Below, piece after piece: positions 1 through 12,990 of a DNA stretch of 64,000 nucleotides. The notes under the pieces were generated by a model. It had not been told where the DNA came from and made no database searches. It was given only the letters and a program-made list of their open reading frames with translations. The DNA is taken from positions 53,326,894-53,390,893 of the forward strand of contig NC_068992.1 in the NCBI RefSeq assembly GCF_001194135.2, written 5' to 3'. The position numbers and the translations under genes were made by a program. Numbering within the stretch: position 1 is the first letter of the stretch; every line of letters begins with the position of its first letter. This DNA comes from Octopus bimaculoides (taxonomy: Eukaryota).

Positions 1-910
1 AACTGTGCTTTATGTTTGATATAAATATTACATGAATCTGAAGTAACTGTTAACTCTAGATGGTGCTACTATTCATATTTGTTTATGCATTTCGGAACTC
101 CCATAGTTATATAATCTTATCAGGTTCGTACAAAATGTCATCTGTTTTCTATTGATGTTAGAATTGTTGAACGTGTAAAAGTTTAGGTGTGTAATATTAC
201 AAGAACATTTCACTGAAAGATTTCAGATCAAAGCACCAAAGAGAATCAATGTAGAGGAAGAATTGTTACAACGTTGAGTGATAACAATTTACTGCGCTTG
301 TTGTTTCCAAGAATTAAATTTACAGTGTAATACACAGCAAACATCAGGCCGACATATCGAATTAAAGATAAGGCAGAAACATTTCAATGCACAGTGATAA
401 TGTAACGGCACAGCAATGCATTCGTAAGAAATGTATTTATTCATCGAATAACGATTACTTCACAATGCTTCAGTGTACTTAAGGCGATTGTATAGTTAGG
501 TTTCCTGCTGAAGGGCAGATCAAACCTTATACAAACAGACGGCAATACGAGAGATAGAGAAGCACGTTAACTTCTTTATTGCTCGTAAGATATATGTCTG
601 CATAGGCGTACAGCCTTTAATTGTTATGCAAAAGGAAATATAAGATTTTGATGTCCACGCTATTTTCAATGTCACTATAGAAAGTAAATGAAGCTAAAAG
701 GATGAAACTGCGATTAGGTATTTCACATTCACTGTATTCCGCTGTCCAGTTGCTTGCGAAATAATAATGCTTGTCAAAGATAACATGGCTAGAGTTTGAA
801 GTTTTATTGTTTCACATACAGACTTAAAAGATGCCTAGTAAATAGACTGATAAACAGCAGATGGAAAGATCAGCATTTCAAGTCTCAGTACTTCCCTTAC
901 TTACTATTCA

Positions 911-914
<4 letters not shown>

Positions 915-959
<45 letters not shown>

Positions 960-969
960 NNNNNNNNNN

Positions 970-998
<29 letters not shown>
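915..998. repeat. (CT)n and (TA)n microsatellites flanking a 10-N gap
   Basis: Read directly: CT run 915-958, N 960-969, TA run 970-998. Confidence 0.95.
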
Positions 999-1002
<4 letters not shown>

Positions 1003-1757
1003 TGCTCTTAAAAGCTTGGAACATTGGCTTTTTTTTGTCTTAATTCTAATTGCTGAACATATGGAACATAATTTCAATACAAGTATAGATTCGCACAACA
1101 TTATAATGAACAAATAGAATTTTTGTTTTCTATGCTCTGCTCAAAGAATTTGAAAGGCATAGCGGAAGTGCAGGCCAGAGGGACTATTTAAAACTCAACT
1201 TTCTTCTAAGTTGTCTCTTACCTCGCTTTGACTGGACATTGTAAAAAAAAAAAAATACCATATGTTTCGCATTATGTGTAATGATACATGTCCAAGATTC
1301 GATCTCATATCAAGCACACTATGTTAATGTCCACGGGAGAAAGGCTTGCCATATTCATCTGGATTATCTGCTTCACTATGTTATCGGTGCGTGGATCAGA
1401 ACGATGCCTGGAAAATGTTGTGGTATACAAGAAAAAATTTAGTGTTTTGGCTCTTATTTCATACGATCACAATTCTGAATTGCAATGTTATATTTTGACA
1501 TACAATTAAATTAAATTACTAAATTAATGACTAATGTAAAAATATTTATCCGAACAGTTTACACAATAAACAAACTTGTTCCATATAGAGATGTAGAATT
1601 GAGATAATATAACATTTACATATATGCGATAACCTCAGTTACGTACGTCAAATGTAATCGCATGTCTTTCAACTAAGTCTACACAATTTTCTGTTACTGA
1701 TACTGTACACTGGTCTCAAAGTTTTGGCACACGACTAGAAAGTTGGGTGAAGATGAT

Positions 1758-1903
1758 AAGTCGATTACATCGACCCCAGTGCTCAACTGGTACTTATTTT
1801 AACGACCCTGAAAGGATAAAAGGCAAAATCGACCTCGGTGGATGGACGAAATGCCACCAAGCATTTTCCCCTGTGTGCTAACGATCCCCCCGGCTCGCCG
1901 CCT
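1758..1903 (-). mobile_element. tRNA-derived SINE, family B, partial copy with internal deletion
   Basis: Shares AGTCGATTACATCGACCCCAGT-CAACTGGTACTT-CGACCCCGAAAGGATAAAAGGCAAA-TCGACCTCGG with copies at 24.0, 31.7, 41.5 and 55.6 kb; the B-box segment is deleted here. Confidence 0.85.
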
Positions 1904-1935
1904 TCGCAGATACTATATATCAAAATCTTCCCGTG

Positions 1936-1989
<54 letters not shown>

Positions 1990-4123
1990 TATAAGAAAGG
2001 ATAAACACTAGGTGGACATCCAATATGCTAGAAAGAGGTTATCAATGACCCAACGTATGTAATACAATTTTTCTGAATTATCAGATTTTTATATGCTAGA
2101 CCACTGGTTGTAAATTGAAATTAATATTCAATTTATCATCCTCAGTATATAAATATATATAAGACAAGTAAAATCACTAGAAATTATATCTGATGCATAT
2201 AATGTTTTGCTTTTTCTTAATATATTCAGATAAGTATATTTGTGACTTATCTGCCACACATGTGAAGGCTACTTTATATATTTCATTCATGTTAGTTTTA
2301 TCAGGTATTTCTGATATAACTTATACGAAGTAGTCTATAGTTGTCTAAATGTAATAAACTAATTCTCATTACAGAGAATGATACGCAGTTAATAAACGAA
2401 CGAGAATCAAATAACTTAAAGCGGAACAAATGTGAAATACTTGGTTAGTTTATTAAGCTGCTTGTGAGAGAAAACATGAAAAGGAAAATTGCTTCCACGT
2501 GTTATATATTTAGTTTTGTCTGCGAAACTCATCATAATCAAATGGAAACATGATGGCAGATGTAAACCGTCATTTTGTTGTGTTATTCTTAACAAAATAA
2601 GCGAAATCAGACGTTTTAACAATAATATGTAGTATTTGTTTACGATTTGTAATTAAGATTATGCCAGAATTTAGAACACTTTATCAAAATTATGTTGTAA
2701 TATCATTTCGTTTATTTTATTGAATGCTTTTTAAAAGAAAGAGAACGAAGAAATGTACCATAAATCACAAGATTATTCCGTCTACATTTTTCAATTTAGA
2801 CGTTTCTGGGATTATTTATTTTAGCCTATTAACACTTTTTTTTTACAATTGTTTTTCATATTCTTGTTAACAAATATCTTTTTAAGAGTTGCCTCAACGG
2901 AAATAAGTTAGTGACATTACAGATATACATTTACCCACAATGTGAATAGAAGAGACAGTACTTAGAAAGGAGAATTCTGATTCATGTGGTTTAACCCCTG
3001 TGAATGTTTCACTCTAGCATGGTAGACTACAAAAACTCTAGTCACTCAAAAAATATATGCGAAATCTAAAAGTTTGATGAGATCAATCGAGAGGATGCAA
3101 AGCATTAAAAAATACTTGATTTAAAACTGTTGGCAACAAAGTAATTTTACATCAACAGCCATGGCCGAAATAAATAGCAAAAGAAATATGTTTCTGTTTA
3201 TTTTCAATTTGGTTACATATTTCCTACCTTAGATTTTTCCATTGATAACAATCTTCGCTTTCTTTGGAGGAAGTTTTGATCGCTATAATTCTTAAAAAGC
3301 AGCAGCAGCAACTGAAGACACTGTCATACAGGTAAGTAAAGAAACCCGACTACTATTGATTATTATACTAAACTTAACGTGTGCTCAAATGAGAGACGAA
3401 ACTGTGGTAGTGTCGCAATTTCATCATTCCACGCACGCATATTATCTTCAAACAACGCAACGACAATGACTTCCGCTCTGAGATCGAAATTCCGTAATTC
3501 AATTTGAAGGTGAAGTTACCTACAGGGTGAGAATTTATGTAGCTCTTTGGATGTGCAGTTTTCTAATATCAGTATCTCCGCTATGAAAAGAGTGACAGGT
3601 GACTAGCGGGACCTCATCCCATTTGCAGAAGGAAACCACAATGGCATCCTCTTGTAAACCACTGTCACTACTTCAGTAGCCTTTTTACCTCCAAATGTGA
3701 TCAGCATTCGTATTTCTCTTCCTGGTTTGAGCAGAGCGTGGCAAACAAGTCACCTCAGTCGCATCTTAGCAGCTAATTCTAAGCTAGGCCTGCAATTACC
3801 ACGCGTACTTCTATGACGTTGCTTATTACTACTACTAGAAAGTCGCTCAGCATTTATTTCCTTCCATTACATTACATTACCAGTACCAATGAAAGTGACT
3901 TGAAACTGTCATACATCTTATTGAATACATAACTTCTAATTCGCGTTTATTACAAATAACAAACAACCGTCAGTATTTCCAGTGACAGTAAATGAGGAAA
4001 TGCTTTCTTGTCTGAATCCTGAAATAGACCTTAAAAAAGTGTATCGACCTTAATTGGTTTCTTCCCAAGAAACGAAAATCCTTTTGTATGTAAGCCAAAG
4101 CTTGTAATTTAAACATCGTAGCT

Positions 4124-4510
4124 GTTGTTTTTGGCACTCCGTCGCTTACGACGTCGAGGGTTCCAGTTGATCCGATCAACGGAACAGCCTGCTCGTGAAA
4201 TTAACCTGCAAGTGGATGAGCACTCCACAAACACGTGTACCCTTAACGTAGTTCTCGGGGTTATTCAGCGTGACACAGTGTGACAAGGCTGACCCTTTGA
4301 ATTAAAGGCACAACAGAAACAGGAAGTAAGACTGGGAGAAGGTTGTGGTGAAAGAGTACAGCAGGGTTCGCCACCATCCCCTGCCGGAGCCTCGTGGGGC
4401 TTTAGGTGTTTTCGCTCAATAAACACTCACAACGCCCGGTCTGGGAATCGAAACCGCGATCCTACGATCACGAGTCCGCTGCCCTAACCACGGGGCCATT
4501 GCGCCTCCAC
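4124..4510 (-). mobile_element. Full-length tRNA-derived SINE, family A, with 14-bp TSD
   Basis: Minus strand starts GTGGAGGCGCAATGGCCCCGTGGTTAGGGCAGCGGACTC with B-box-like GGTTTCGATTCC and ends in a (CAA)n-like tail. Colinear with 62637-63022. TSD TAAACAT(C/T)GTAGCT at 4110-4123 and 4511-4524. Confidence 0.92.
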
Positions 4511-6485
4511 TAAACATTGTAGCTACACCAATATTAAATAGCAGCTTATTGAGCATTGATAGTTTTGTGTACACTGACGTTTCTACGATGTAAACGAATG
4601 ATGTGTATGCAAATTAGAAAGCCGGCTTCAAGTTGATAAAAGTAACAAATATTTATATTTTGTAGAGAGCAATATTTCAGTGAGACGCAATTGGTGGTAT
4701 CCCAAGATACGTGTGATATAAACTGCGTATAGTTAATGACTCGTCCTCGAGCTTAAAATAAAACGCGTGGAATTCATATGAATTAATGTTCCCAACTGTA
4801 GAGAAGAACATCTGTCTCTGGCCAAGAAGATAGTGCTAAATCCATTAAATTAAAAGTGATACATGGAATCTGTTGACGGGACATGGAGCAATGACAGATG
4901 GCATGAAACTAGCAGGAAGGACATGGTTAAAAAAAAAAACGGGGTGAAGATTGGCATGTGTTAATCGCTTTCGGGATTCTTGGAATTTAAAATCGATTTC
5001 AAGTAATGCTTTGCTACCATTTTGAACACACACGTTTGCGAATATAAAATGCGATAATGGCGATCTAATTATTAGCGTTCATAGGGATCTAATTACCGGC
5101 ACTAATAGCTACGGAATTAATGACGTTAATTGCAATCTAAGAAATACCTCAACATTGGAACAGACTGTAGATGGTCATAAATGACTATTGTCGTGGACCT
5201 TCTTGAAGGCTCTAGTGGACACAATGTAGGAGAAAATAACAATATACTTCAGGAGATATTTTTCATGATTTCATATATGTTATTTAAGTTAGCATGCAGC
5301 TGGTAGAACTGTAACAGTAAATACATAAGCTACAGTCAATACATATAGTAAATGATAATTTGCGTTTGATAATACACAATAATATGTGTGGCTATATGCG
5401 TGTAATTAAGGAAATATACATGATGCAGTCACAAATATTCAAGAGATATTTCCGATCAATAATAATTTTTTCTTAATATTTAAGCAACAAATTAAATCGG
5501 ATCTGATGGAGGAGAATATTTATGCGCAACTGCTAAAACTGCATTCAAAATCTCAAACGCATACTATAACAGCATTTGCAATATTGCTATCCATCTTTTA
5601 CTGATTCTATTGAATAGAGGTTATTACTATTTCTCGTTTATTTTGGGATTGGAAAACTTCATGAAGTATTCTTGTTTCGCCTGTTGTTCTCATGTTCTTA
5701 TCATATCTCCCATTCAATGAGACTAGATGTGTATGTGCTATAGCTACAAATTCATCTTGGCCAGACAGAAGCGACTAGTGAAATTAAATATATCCAAAAG
5801 ACATAATAAATAATGTCACAGCCAATACGAAACAAATTCCAATACTTTACGAACTCTCTTGAACGGAGAGAATAATTCAGACAGACATACAACACAATCA
5901 CTGAAAATACGACGTAGTATATTCTGCAATATACTGACGGCCAACTCTACATCAGGCTGTAAATCAAAGTGAAACAATTAAGAAATCAGAAATTGTTAAC
6001 AGTCAAAGATAACCAACATATCTTGGAAGTCTTTTAACGAAAGAGAAACTTAAATCTCGGAACCTAAAATTATGCGAATAATAAAATGTCGATGCAGGTT
6101 ATGTGTTGACTGGAAAGTGTAAAATCAAAATTGGAAGAATCGAAAAGAACTCAAGGTTACCGGAAATATGAATTAGAAATGAGTCTAATTTACTTCGTTA
6201 CGTTCCCACATCTGCGCAACATAAGTCAACTGTGAACGGAATTAAAGGGGAGGGTCAGTGTACACATCAAGTTAAGGCGCAGGGGCAGTGTAAACAACAA
6301 GTTAAGGTGCTTCGTTTATGAAGACATCACCATGTGAACATTTTGAAATTTGTGCGAATTACGAATTTAAGAAGCTCCGCCTTTTAATGTAAGGTCCTAT
6401 CTCTTGAATTTAACTGTGTCCTGTGATCCTTCGAGAGACATATGCTTGCATGGTTCTACGACATTACATAATATATGCCTACAAA

Positions 6486-6522
<37 letters not shown>

Positions 6523-7806
6523 NNNNNNNNNNNNNNNNNNNNNNNNNNNNNNNNNNNNNNNNNNNNNNNNNNNNNNNNNNNNNNNNNNNNNNNNNNNNNN
6601 NNNNNNNNNNNNNNNNNNNNNNNNNNNNNNNNNNNNNNNNNNNNNNNNNNNNNNNNNNNNNNNNNNNNNNNNNNNNNNNNNNNNNNNNNNNNNNNNNNNN
6701 NNNNNNNNNNNNNNNNNNNNNNNNNNNNNNNNNNNNNNNNNNNNNNNNNNNNNNNNNNNNNNNNNNNNNNATATATATATATATATATAAACATACGCAC
6801 ATGCGCAATTATATATATTTTTATGTCTATATACCACCCAGATTTTTTTTAGTAATGAATGACTGATGAATTTTAACTGATCCTTTCATGTTACACACTT
6901 CTATATGACACAGTCTCAGACTGAAGGTCAGTATCCACGATTTCTGTAGAAAATGGCATCGCAATGAATCGAAAACAGACCAGCATCTTTGCAAAACAAC
7001 TTTCCTTCCCACATAGTTAGGAAACACAGAAAATAGACTTTACTGAATCGAAAATTCATTAAAGTCGCAGTAAGCAGTGGATAATTAAAATGAAGATGTC
7101 ATAATTTCTACACTATGCTTTGCTACACACTTGGATTTGATAATACCTTTGCTACACTAGTTGTTCCAGAAGAGAAATTCTTCTTCGGCTACCTTCATAT
7201 AAGACAGTTCTTACTGGACTATAAATGATGGATTCGATTTCCTTAATCATAAAATAGAACGGCTTTAAAAAATTGTCCAACACTCCGATCCAGTCATTCA
7301 TAAACAAGCTTGGTATGTTTACAAAAATTCCGATTCTAAAAAGTATATCTCTTCAGAGAGAGTTAGCAAAGTTTAGGTATTTCCGTGTATTCGTGTTCAT
7401 TAAGTTTTTCATTGTAATGCGTACAGCATTATTTCATTTGATAAACTTTTAGGGCAATTCTATTCCTCCATGCAATCATTTCTTTTAATTTGCATTACAG
7501 TGATTTAGATTTACTAAGTCAGGGTTACTACAGACTGAGTCTTTATGTAGTTAGTATAGAATAAGTTCGAATAATATTTTTTTATCAGCGACTAAACTCG
7601 GCAAATGTGATTAACGAAATTGCCTTTCAGCATACATCAAATATTAGACGTTGATAGAAAATCTAAAGGTCATAAATAAACATAGATATTGCTATTTATA
7701 ATATATACATTATAATACATAGTATCTCGCTATCTATATATCTATCTATCTATCTATCTATCTATTTATATCTCTCTCTCCCTATATATATATATNNNNN
7801 NNNNNT

Positions 7807-7872
7807 ATTCTTTTGTTATTTACACCACCTGTCCTCGTCTGTTGTTATTATTTGTATATTCTCCCATATATA
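7807..7872 (+). repeat. Fragment of the interspersed repeat also at 44110-44190 (putative Penelope-type terminal repeat), cut by a gap
   Basis: CTTTTGTTATTTACACCACCTGTCCTCGTCTGTTGTTATT-TTTGTATA-TCTCCCATATATA is nearly identical to 44115-44180. Confidence 0.75.
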
Positions 7873-8519
7873 TATACAGGAAAGAGAGAGAGAGAGAGAG
7901 TAGCTTGGTAAAACACCTTTAAATAAGATAAGATACGTTTGTTGTTAGGGAAATACAAAATTAAAAATAACACAATAAAGCAGAGAACAAAGAAAAATAA
8001 ATGCAGACAAAGCTTACCACCATTGAATAAATAGACAGAGCTTGGAATTGAATACCTTCGTAAATGAAACTTGTACAGTTAGGGTCTAATTGATCGGAAA
8101 AAATACAATGACATCAATACCTATGTGTGTTTTCTGATAGCATTTAGTGTGAGAACATTGTATCTTAGAAATCCCGTTGCATTCATACAACTGCAGCAGA
8201 GGTAAGAATTTATACGATAAACAAATGAAAAAAGTATAGTGATAAAAATGGAAAAGATAATATATACTCAGCAAAGTCCTTCAAATATTCAAATCATGGC
8301 ATATTCACTTATTGACTTTGCGTGATAGCAAAAACGTCTTTGATCACGGTATAACAGAAGAACGCAGTGCATGCTGGAAGGTCAAATAAGGCTAACTGAC
8401 CGACAGCACAATTACATCAAAGGCCATGATCTGAACATGTATTTATATCGAAAAATATTATTATTGTTGATGTTGTAATTGTCCTTATTAATGTTATCGC
8501 CGTTATTTTAATGCTATCG

Positions 8520-8579
8520 GCAGCAGCAGTGCCACTAGTAGCAGCAGCAGCAGTAGTGGTAATAGTAGTAGTAGTAGTG

Positions 8580-8615
<36 letters not shown>

Positions 8616-8785
8616 ATGGTGATGGTGGTGGTGGTGGTGCTGTTGCTGCAGCTGCTGTTGCCGCTGCTGCTGGTAATAGGAATCGTAGCATTGGCATTTG
8701 CAGCAGCAGTGGTGGTTGTAGCGGCAGCAGCAGTGGTGGTTGTAGCCGCAGAAGCAGCAGCCTTGCTATTGTCAATATCGTTGCT
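8520..8785. repeat. Compound trinucleotide repeat (GCA/GTA/GTG/GCT)
   Basis: Read directly; explains the poly-A/V/L ORFs at 8503-8810. Confidence 0.9.
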
Positions 8786-10675
8786 GGTGATGTTACAATT
8801 TTTTTTTTAAATTATATTATTGTTCCTTTTGTATCGTCGATGCTCTAGTTCACATCAAATGACCTTTCTCTCCAAATTACGTAATAATGCTTCAAATATG
8901 TTGAATTTTTTTTTTTTTTGCCCAGTATTCCCATATTGTTAATAATTACATCGCTACACCACCATTCAAATAACTAACAAACAAACTAATAAGACAAAAG
9001 AAATGAAATTATTAAAAAAAATAAATTATTATACCTTAACCAGTCATATAGAAAGCAAGCATTACCTGACGTTCTCCAAACTGTTTACTCGATCTCTCTA
9101 CTGATAAATTATCGATTTATTGATGTCTTGCGTGACTTCTATGTGTTCTAGTTGCTGTTTGTTAACAAAAAATATCGAAACAAGTACAACAACAAAAAAA
9201 CAATTAAAACAGCAACAACAAAATATGATAAACAAACGACTTAACATTTTATAACTACTAATAGTTTGTGAGGAATAGCGAATCAATGTTCTTCTCTAAT
9301 AAAATATGTGAAAGTCCCCTACGGTTAACCACGCTACATTTTTTATACCATGCGTGATTACCCCTAGCCGCCATATCAAACTAAAGAGCCTCCGTCATGT
9401 ATCAGAATATAAAAGATAAAATACGCCATACTCATAAACTATAAATTTTAATGCAGATTTGCAGCTACAGCAGCAGGTAGAGTAAGACGAAAATAAAATA
9501 TTCCATAAACTCCAGACATTCACGATTTGCTAAAAATTCACACACTCATAATAGAACGCACACATACACAAAGGCACATACACAAAGATACATACAGAAA
9601 GACACGTACACAAATTAAAAATAGGACAGTGATTTTCAGAATAATTCTCAAAAGACTATAAAAATGGGAAAGGTTTAATTAGAAATTTTTGGAACGCGTA
9701 AAATATAGAAAATATGGCGCAATATACGGTGTTCAGTATAATTTATAGGCGAATCTTTGTAAGGTTGGCATAGCCTATATTTCTTTTCTTTATACTTACT
9801 TCGATGTTTTCTATTAGAAAGAGCACCAAAGAATGTTAATCAATATATAAAATCGAAGTTATTTACAACAATTTTTTTCATTAAATATTATGTTTTTGGC
9901 TTTCATCACGTGATAACTAATTAAGTCGCACAGCAATTGATTAGATCAGATCTTTCAGTCCTAGTTTGTGCTAATTTAGCAATCTGATTTCTTGTAAATC
10001 CTATATACATTTTTTTTTTCACGATATACAATATCAGGTACTGAAAAAAATCCGTTAAGCAAATATGATGTGTAGCAGATGAATATGAGGTACTTATAAA
10101 TTTGATCCTGAAATAATGACTAATATGGTAAAAACGGCTTTGAATTAATTGATATTAAAATAGAATTACACAAATACCCATTAGTAATTACATCGGCACC
10201 GGAATTACTTGTTGCAATTCATTAATATGCGCATTCTGCAAATATTAAAATAATGCAGATATTTTGTTAACGTTTTCCAAAATCTATTCACATGATCTAT
10301 ACATGACTTTCTGTAGTTTTGTTTTCAATTCTAGCTAACCTCCTTCTTGAACATAGTCAGCACTTTTGTAGTAATGATTCAGAATGAAGTTTCTTAATTC
10401 TCAATTCTAACTCTTTAAAGTATCACTGAAGCTAAAAAACAAAGTAAATATCGGCCTAGGCATACTCTTCTACGTGATATCATTGTAATTTATAATGAAT
10501 TTCAATTTTTAGCTCTGTACGATAAGTTAGAGAGACGACGGAATTCAAATAACGTAATATTTCAAGCATAGACGGAGGAAAGAATGAGATAACCCTCACC
10601 GATTTGAAACACTTCTAAATAAATACCAGAAGGGCAGAAGTCTCGAAACATGAATGATTCAAAACATCACACAGC

Positions 10676-10729
<54 letters not shown>
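10676..10729. repeat. (AAT)n microsatellite
   Basis: Pure AAT run, read directly. Confidence 0.97.
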
Positions 10730-10732
<3 letters not shown>

Positions 10733-11079
10733 TCTATTATAGTCACAATAGTCACTATATTTTGTTTGTTTATTTCACCGTTTCGTTTTCCTGTCTTGTT
10801 TTCCGTCCGCCACTACCCTCCACGAAAACAATTTTATTTGTGTTCGTGGGAAGAACCATTTTAACGATGCGTACTGCCTTAATTCTTCGAAACGCCGGAG
10901 TTTTAATGGTGGCAGCTGATGAAGGGGATGTTTCTTTGTGGCCTGCTTGTTTGTTGCACCTTGTTTACCATTTTGTCCTTGTTCTTTTGCCACGTCATGT
11001 ACCCAGTTATGTATCTATATGTACATGTAGATGAACGTATATACATACATGTACATATATATGCATATACTCATATATT

Positions 11080-11128
<49 letters not shown>

Positions 11129-11134
11129 GACATG

Positions 11135-11685
11135 GCTGGGTAAGTAGTTATATGCACTAGTCTATATGCCTCCACTACCAAATAATATCTAACACAAAAT
11201 AGTATAAACATGTGCTAAAAACATTGACTACGACCAGTACACAATCATGTGGGGATATATCTACTCAAACTAACAAAGAAATCAAAGCTAGTCCCCCAGG
11301 CATAATAATCAAGGATTGTAAAATAAATCGTTTACTAATGACACTGCAGACTCTTCTGAGCAGTATATTGCCCAAAAGGAAGTGAAGAAATTGTCAAAGC
11401 ACAAAAATTTTGAAACTGAAGTATCCAAGATGTAGGGCACGAAAGTGAAAACCGTTAGAAATTATCAAAGCACAAAGATTTTGAAACTGAAGTATCCAAG
11501 ATGTAGGGCACGAAAGTGAATACCGTTCCCATAATAATTGGAACATTAGGTACGATAAAAGATTTAAAATAAAACCCTTGAACAAAACCGTAGGAGCTAT
11601 AATTTGACCATCAACACTTCACACCATCCCAGAAAATAGCCCTGTAAGGAACAGGCCACGTCATACACAAGAGTACAACCCAAAT
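11135..11685 (+). mobile_element. Decayed 3-prime fragment of an RLE-type non-LTR retrotransposon (restriction-like endonuclease domain, R4/Dong/NeSL-like)
   Basis: Translation across frameshifts and stops gives YMH*SICLHYQI..K*YKHV, TIMW-DISTQTNKEIKASPPGIIIKDCK, KKLSKHKNFETEVSKM*GTKVNTVPIIIGTLGTIK and QKIAL*GTGHVI. These match the known RLE C-terminal pattern (YIHW.IC.HY, ILWD..IQT...I.ANRPDI, EK..KY.DL..E...MW, VP..IG.LG, IQK.ALLGT.HI). Confidence 0.85.
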
Positions 11686-12165
11686 AAAACAAACCACAAA
11701 CACAAGACATATCCTATACAACAAATATACAATAAAATAAACAACCGTATCTACAGGTCGGATATACAACAAAACTCAATTAGCATTATACAACAAAGCA
11801 TTATACAAACGTGAATACCACCCATGATAAAACAAACTGATGCAATACGACACCAGAAGGAGTTTGTACTCCCACACCAACAACAACAAAAATAACAAGA
11901 AAAAATGTTGCACACGCCTCAACAAAAATGCACAGGAGGAGGAGCGTGAATGTCCTGAATTAACACTGTCATCACCTTCGACGGGCCGTCATAAGCAGCA
12001 TATACGCAAAATGTTCGTTAGTTTTTCTTATCTGTGTCTATAGCTGTGTAGCATACGATGTTTCTTTGCACTTGTACATTGTACATTTGTAGTTTTGACT
12101 GTAGATTTGCTTTGCTTGTGTTCGTTCTGGTATTTATATTCTTAATATTTGCTATATTATCATTG

Positions 12166-12203
<38 letters not shown>

Positions 12204-12246
12204 GGTGGTGGTGGTGGTTTTGTTTAGTGGTGATGGTGGTGGTGAT
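12166..12246. repeat. (TTG)n-(GTG)n compound microsatellite
   Basis: Read directly. Confidence 0.92.
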
Positions 12247-12599
12247 AGTGGTGTTATTACTGGCATTTTACTCTCTTCGGTGTGTCTTCCCTAAGAGTTG
12301 TTTTGTCTCTTATTTATTTTCTCTCTCTATTTACGAAGGAATTTCTCCACTTTTCATACAAGGCATACTTGAGTGATTTGAAGCATGGGACTAGCGCGTT
12401 TTGTGATGTTGTGCTAGTGTTGGTGGAATATGTTATTGATGATGAGTATGTTGTTCAGGTTATTGAAGTTATTGTATTATTTTCTTTCTGGCTGTCACCG
12501 GAGATCCTGCCTGTTTTTGTTTCAGAACCTGTTGCTGTTTCGTCGTTGTTGCTGTTCTTGATATTTCTGCTCTTTCTGATATAGTTGTACGTTTTTATT

Positions 12600-12990
12600 G
12601 GTCTTTTAATCGTTACAATTGTGGTCTCGAATTTTAGCAAGGGACAGCATGCTTTCGCTTTCTGCTATGGACAGAAGGTTTTCGTATCTTAACATTATCC
12701 CATAAGCAACACCCCAATGATTTCCCTCCTCCCTTAACATGGAGTTCTTGGCATTAAAAAAAATTGATCTTGGATCTTTAGCAGATGATCTAGTTTACTA
12801 TTTGATAGCACCTCTAGTTCTGCACAGGATCAATTCTCCTGCTGTGGTTCTTGACATCGAAGAAATTGTTATTTTACTCCACCATGTCACGCATTACATG
12901 CTACCAGGTGTTCAACTATTGTGGCATACCGGATGACTTCACTTTTATCCGTCTTTCCAGATAAGTAAGTAGCAAGGAAAATCCCCCTTT
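12600..12990 (-). mobile_element. Possible decayed LINE ORF1-like fragment related to 33102-33400
   Basis: Minus-strand FSLLLTYLERRIKVKSSGMPQ*LNTW parallels the frameshifted (L)TYLGRRAFRV..GRDPPEVD at 33.1 kb. There are many stops, and the family assignment is from memory. Confidence 0.35.

Noticed and set aside
1221-1230. Possible 10-nt minus-strand microexon (poly-T..CCAG|TCAAAGCGAG|GTAAGA)
   Set aside because: It is not frame-preserving, has no supporting neighbouring exons and is indistinguishable from chance.
8503-8810. Poly-Ala/Val/Leu ORFs on both strands
   Set aside because: They are translations of a compound trinucleotide repeat; the same applies to 10654-11034, 12018-12376 and 60126-60432.
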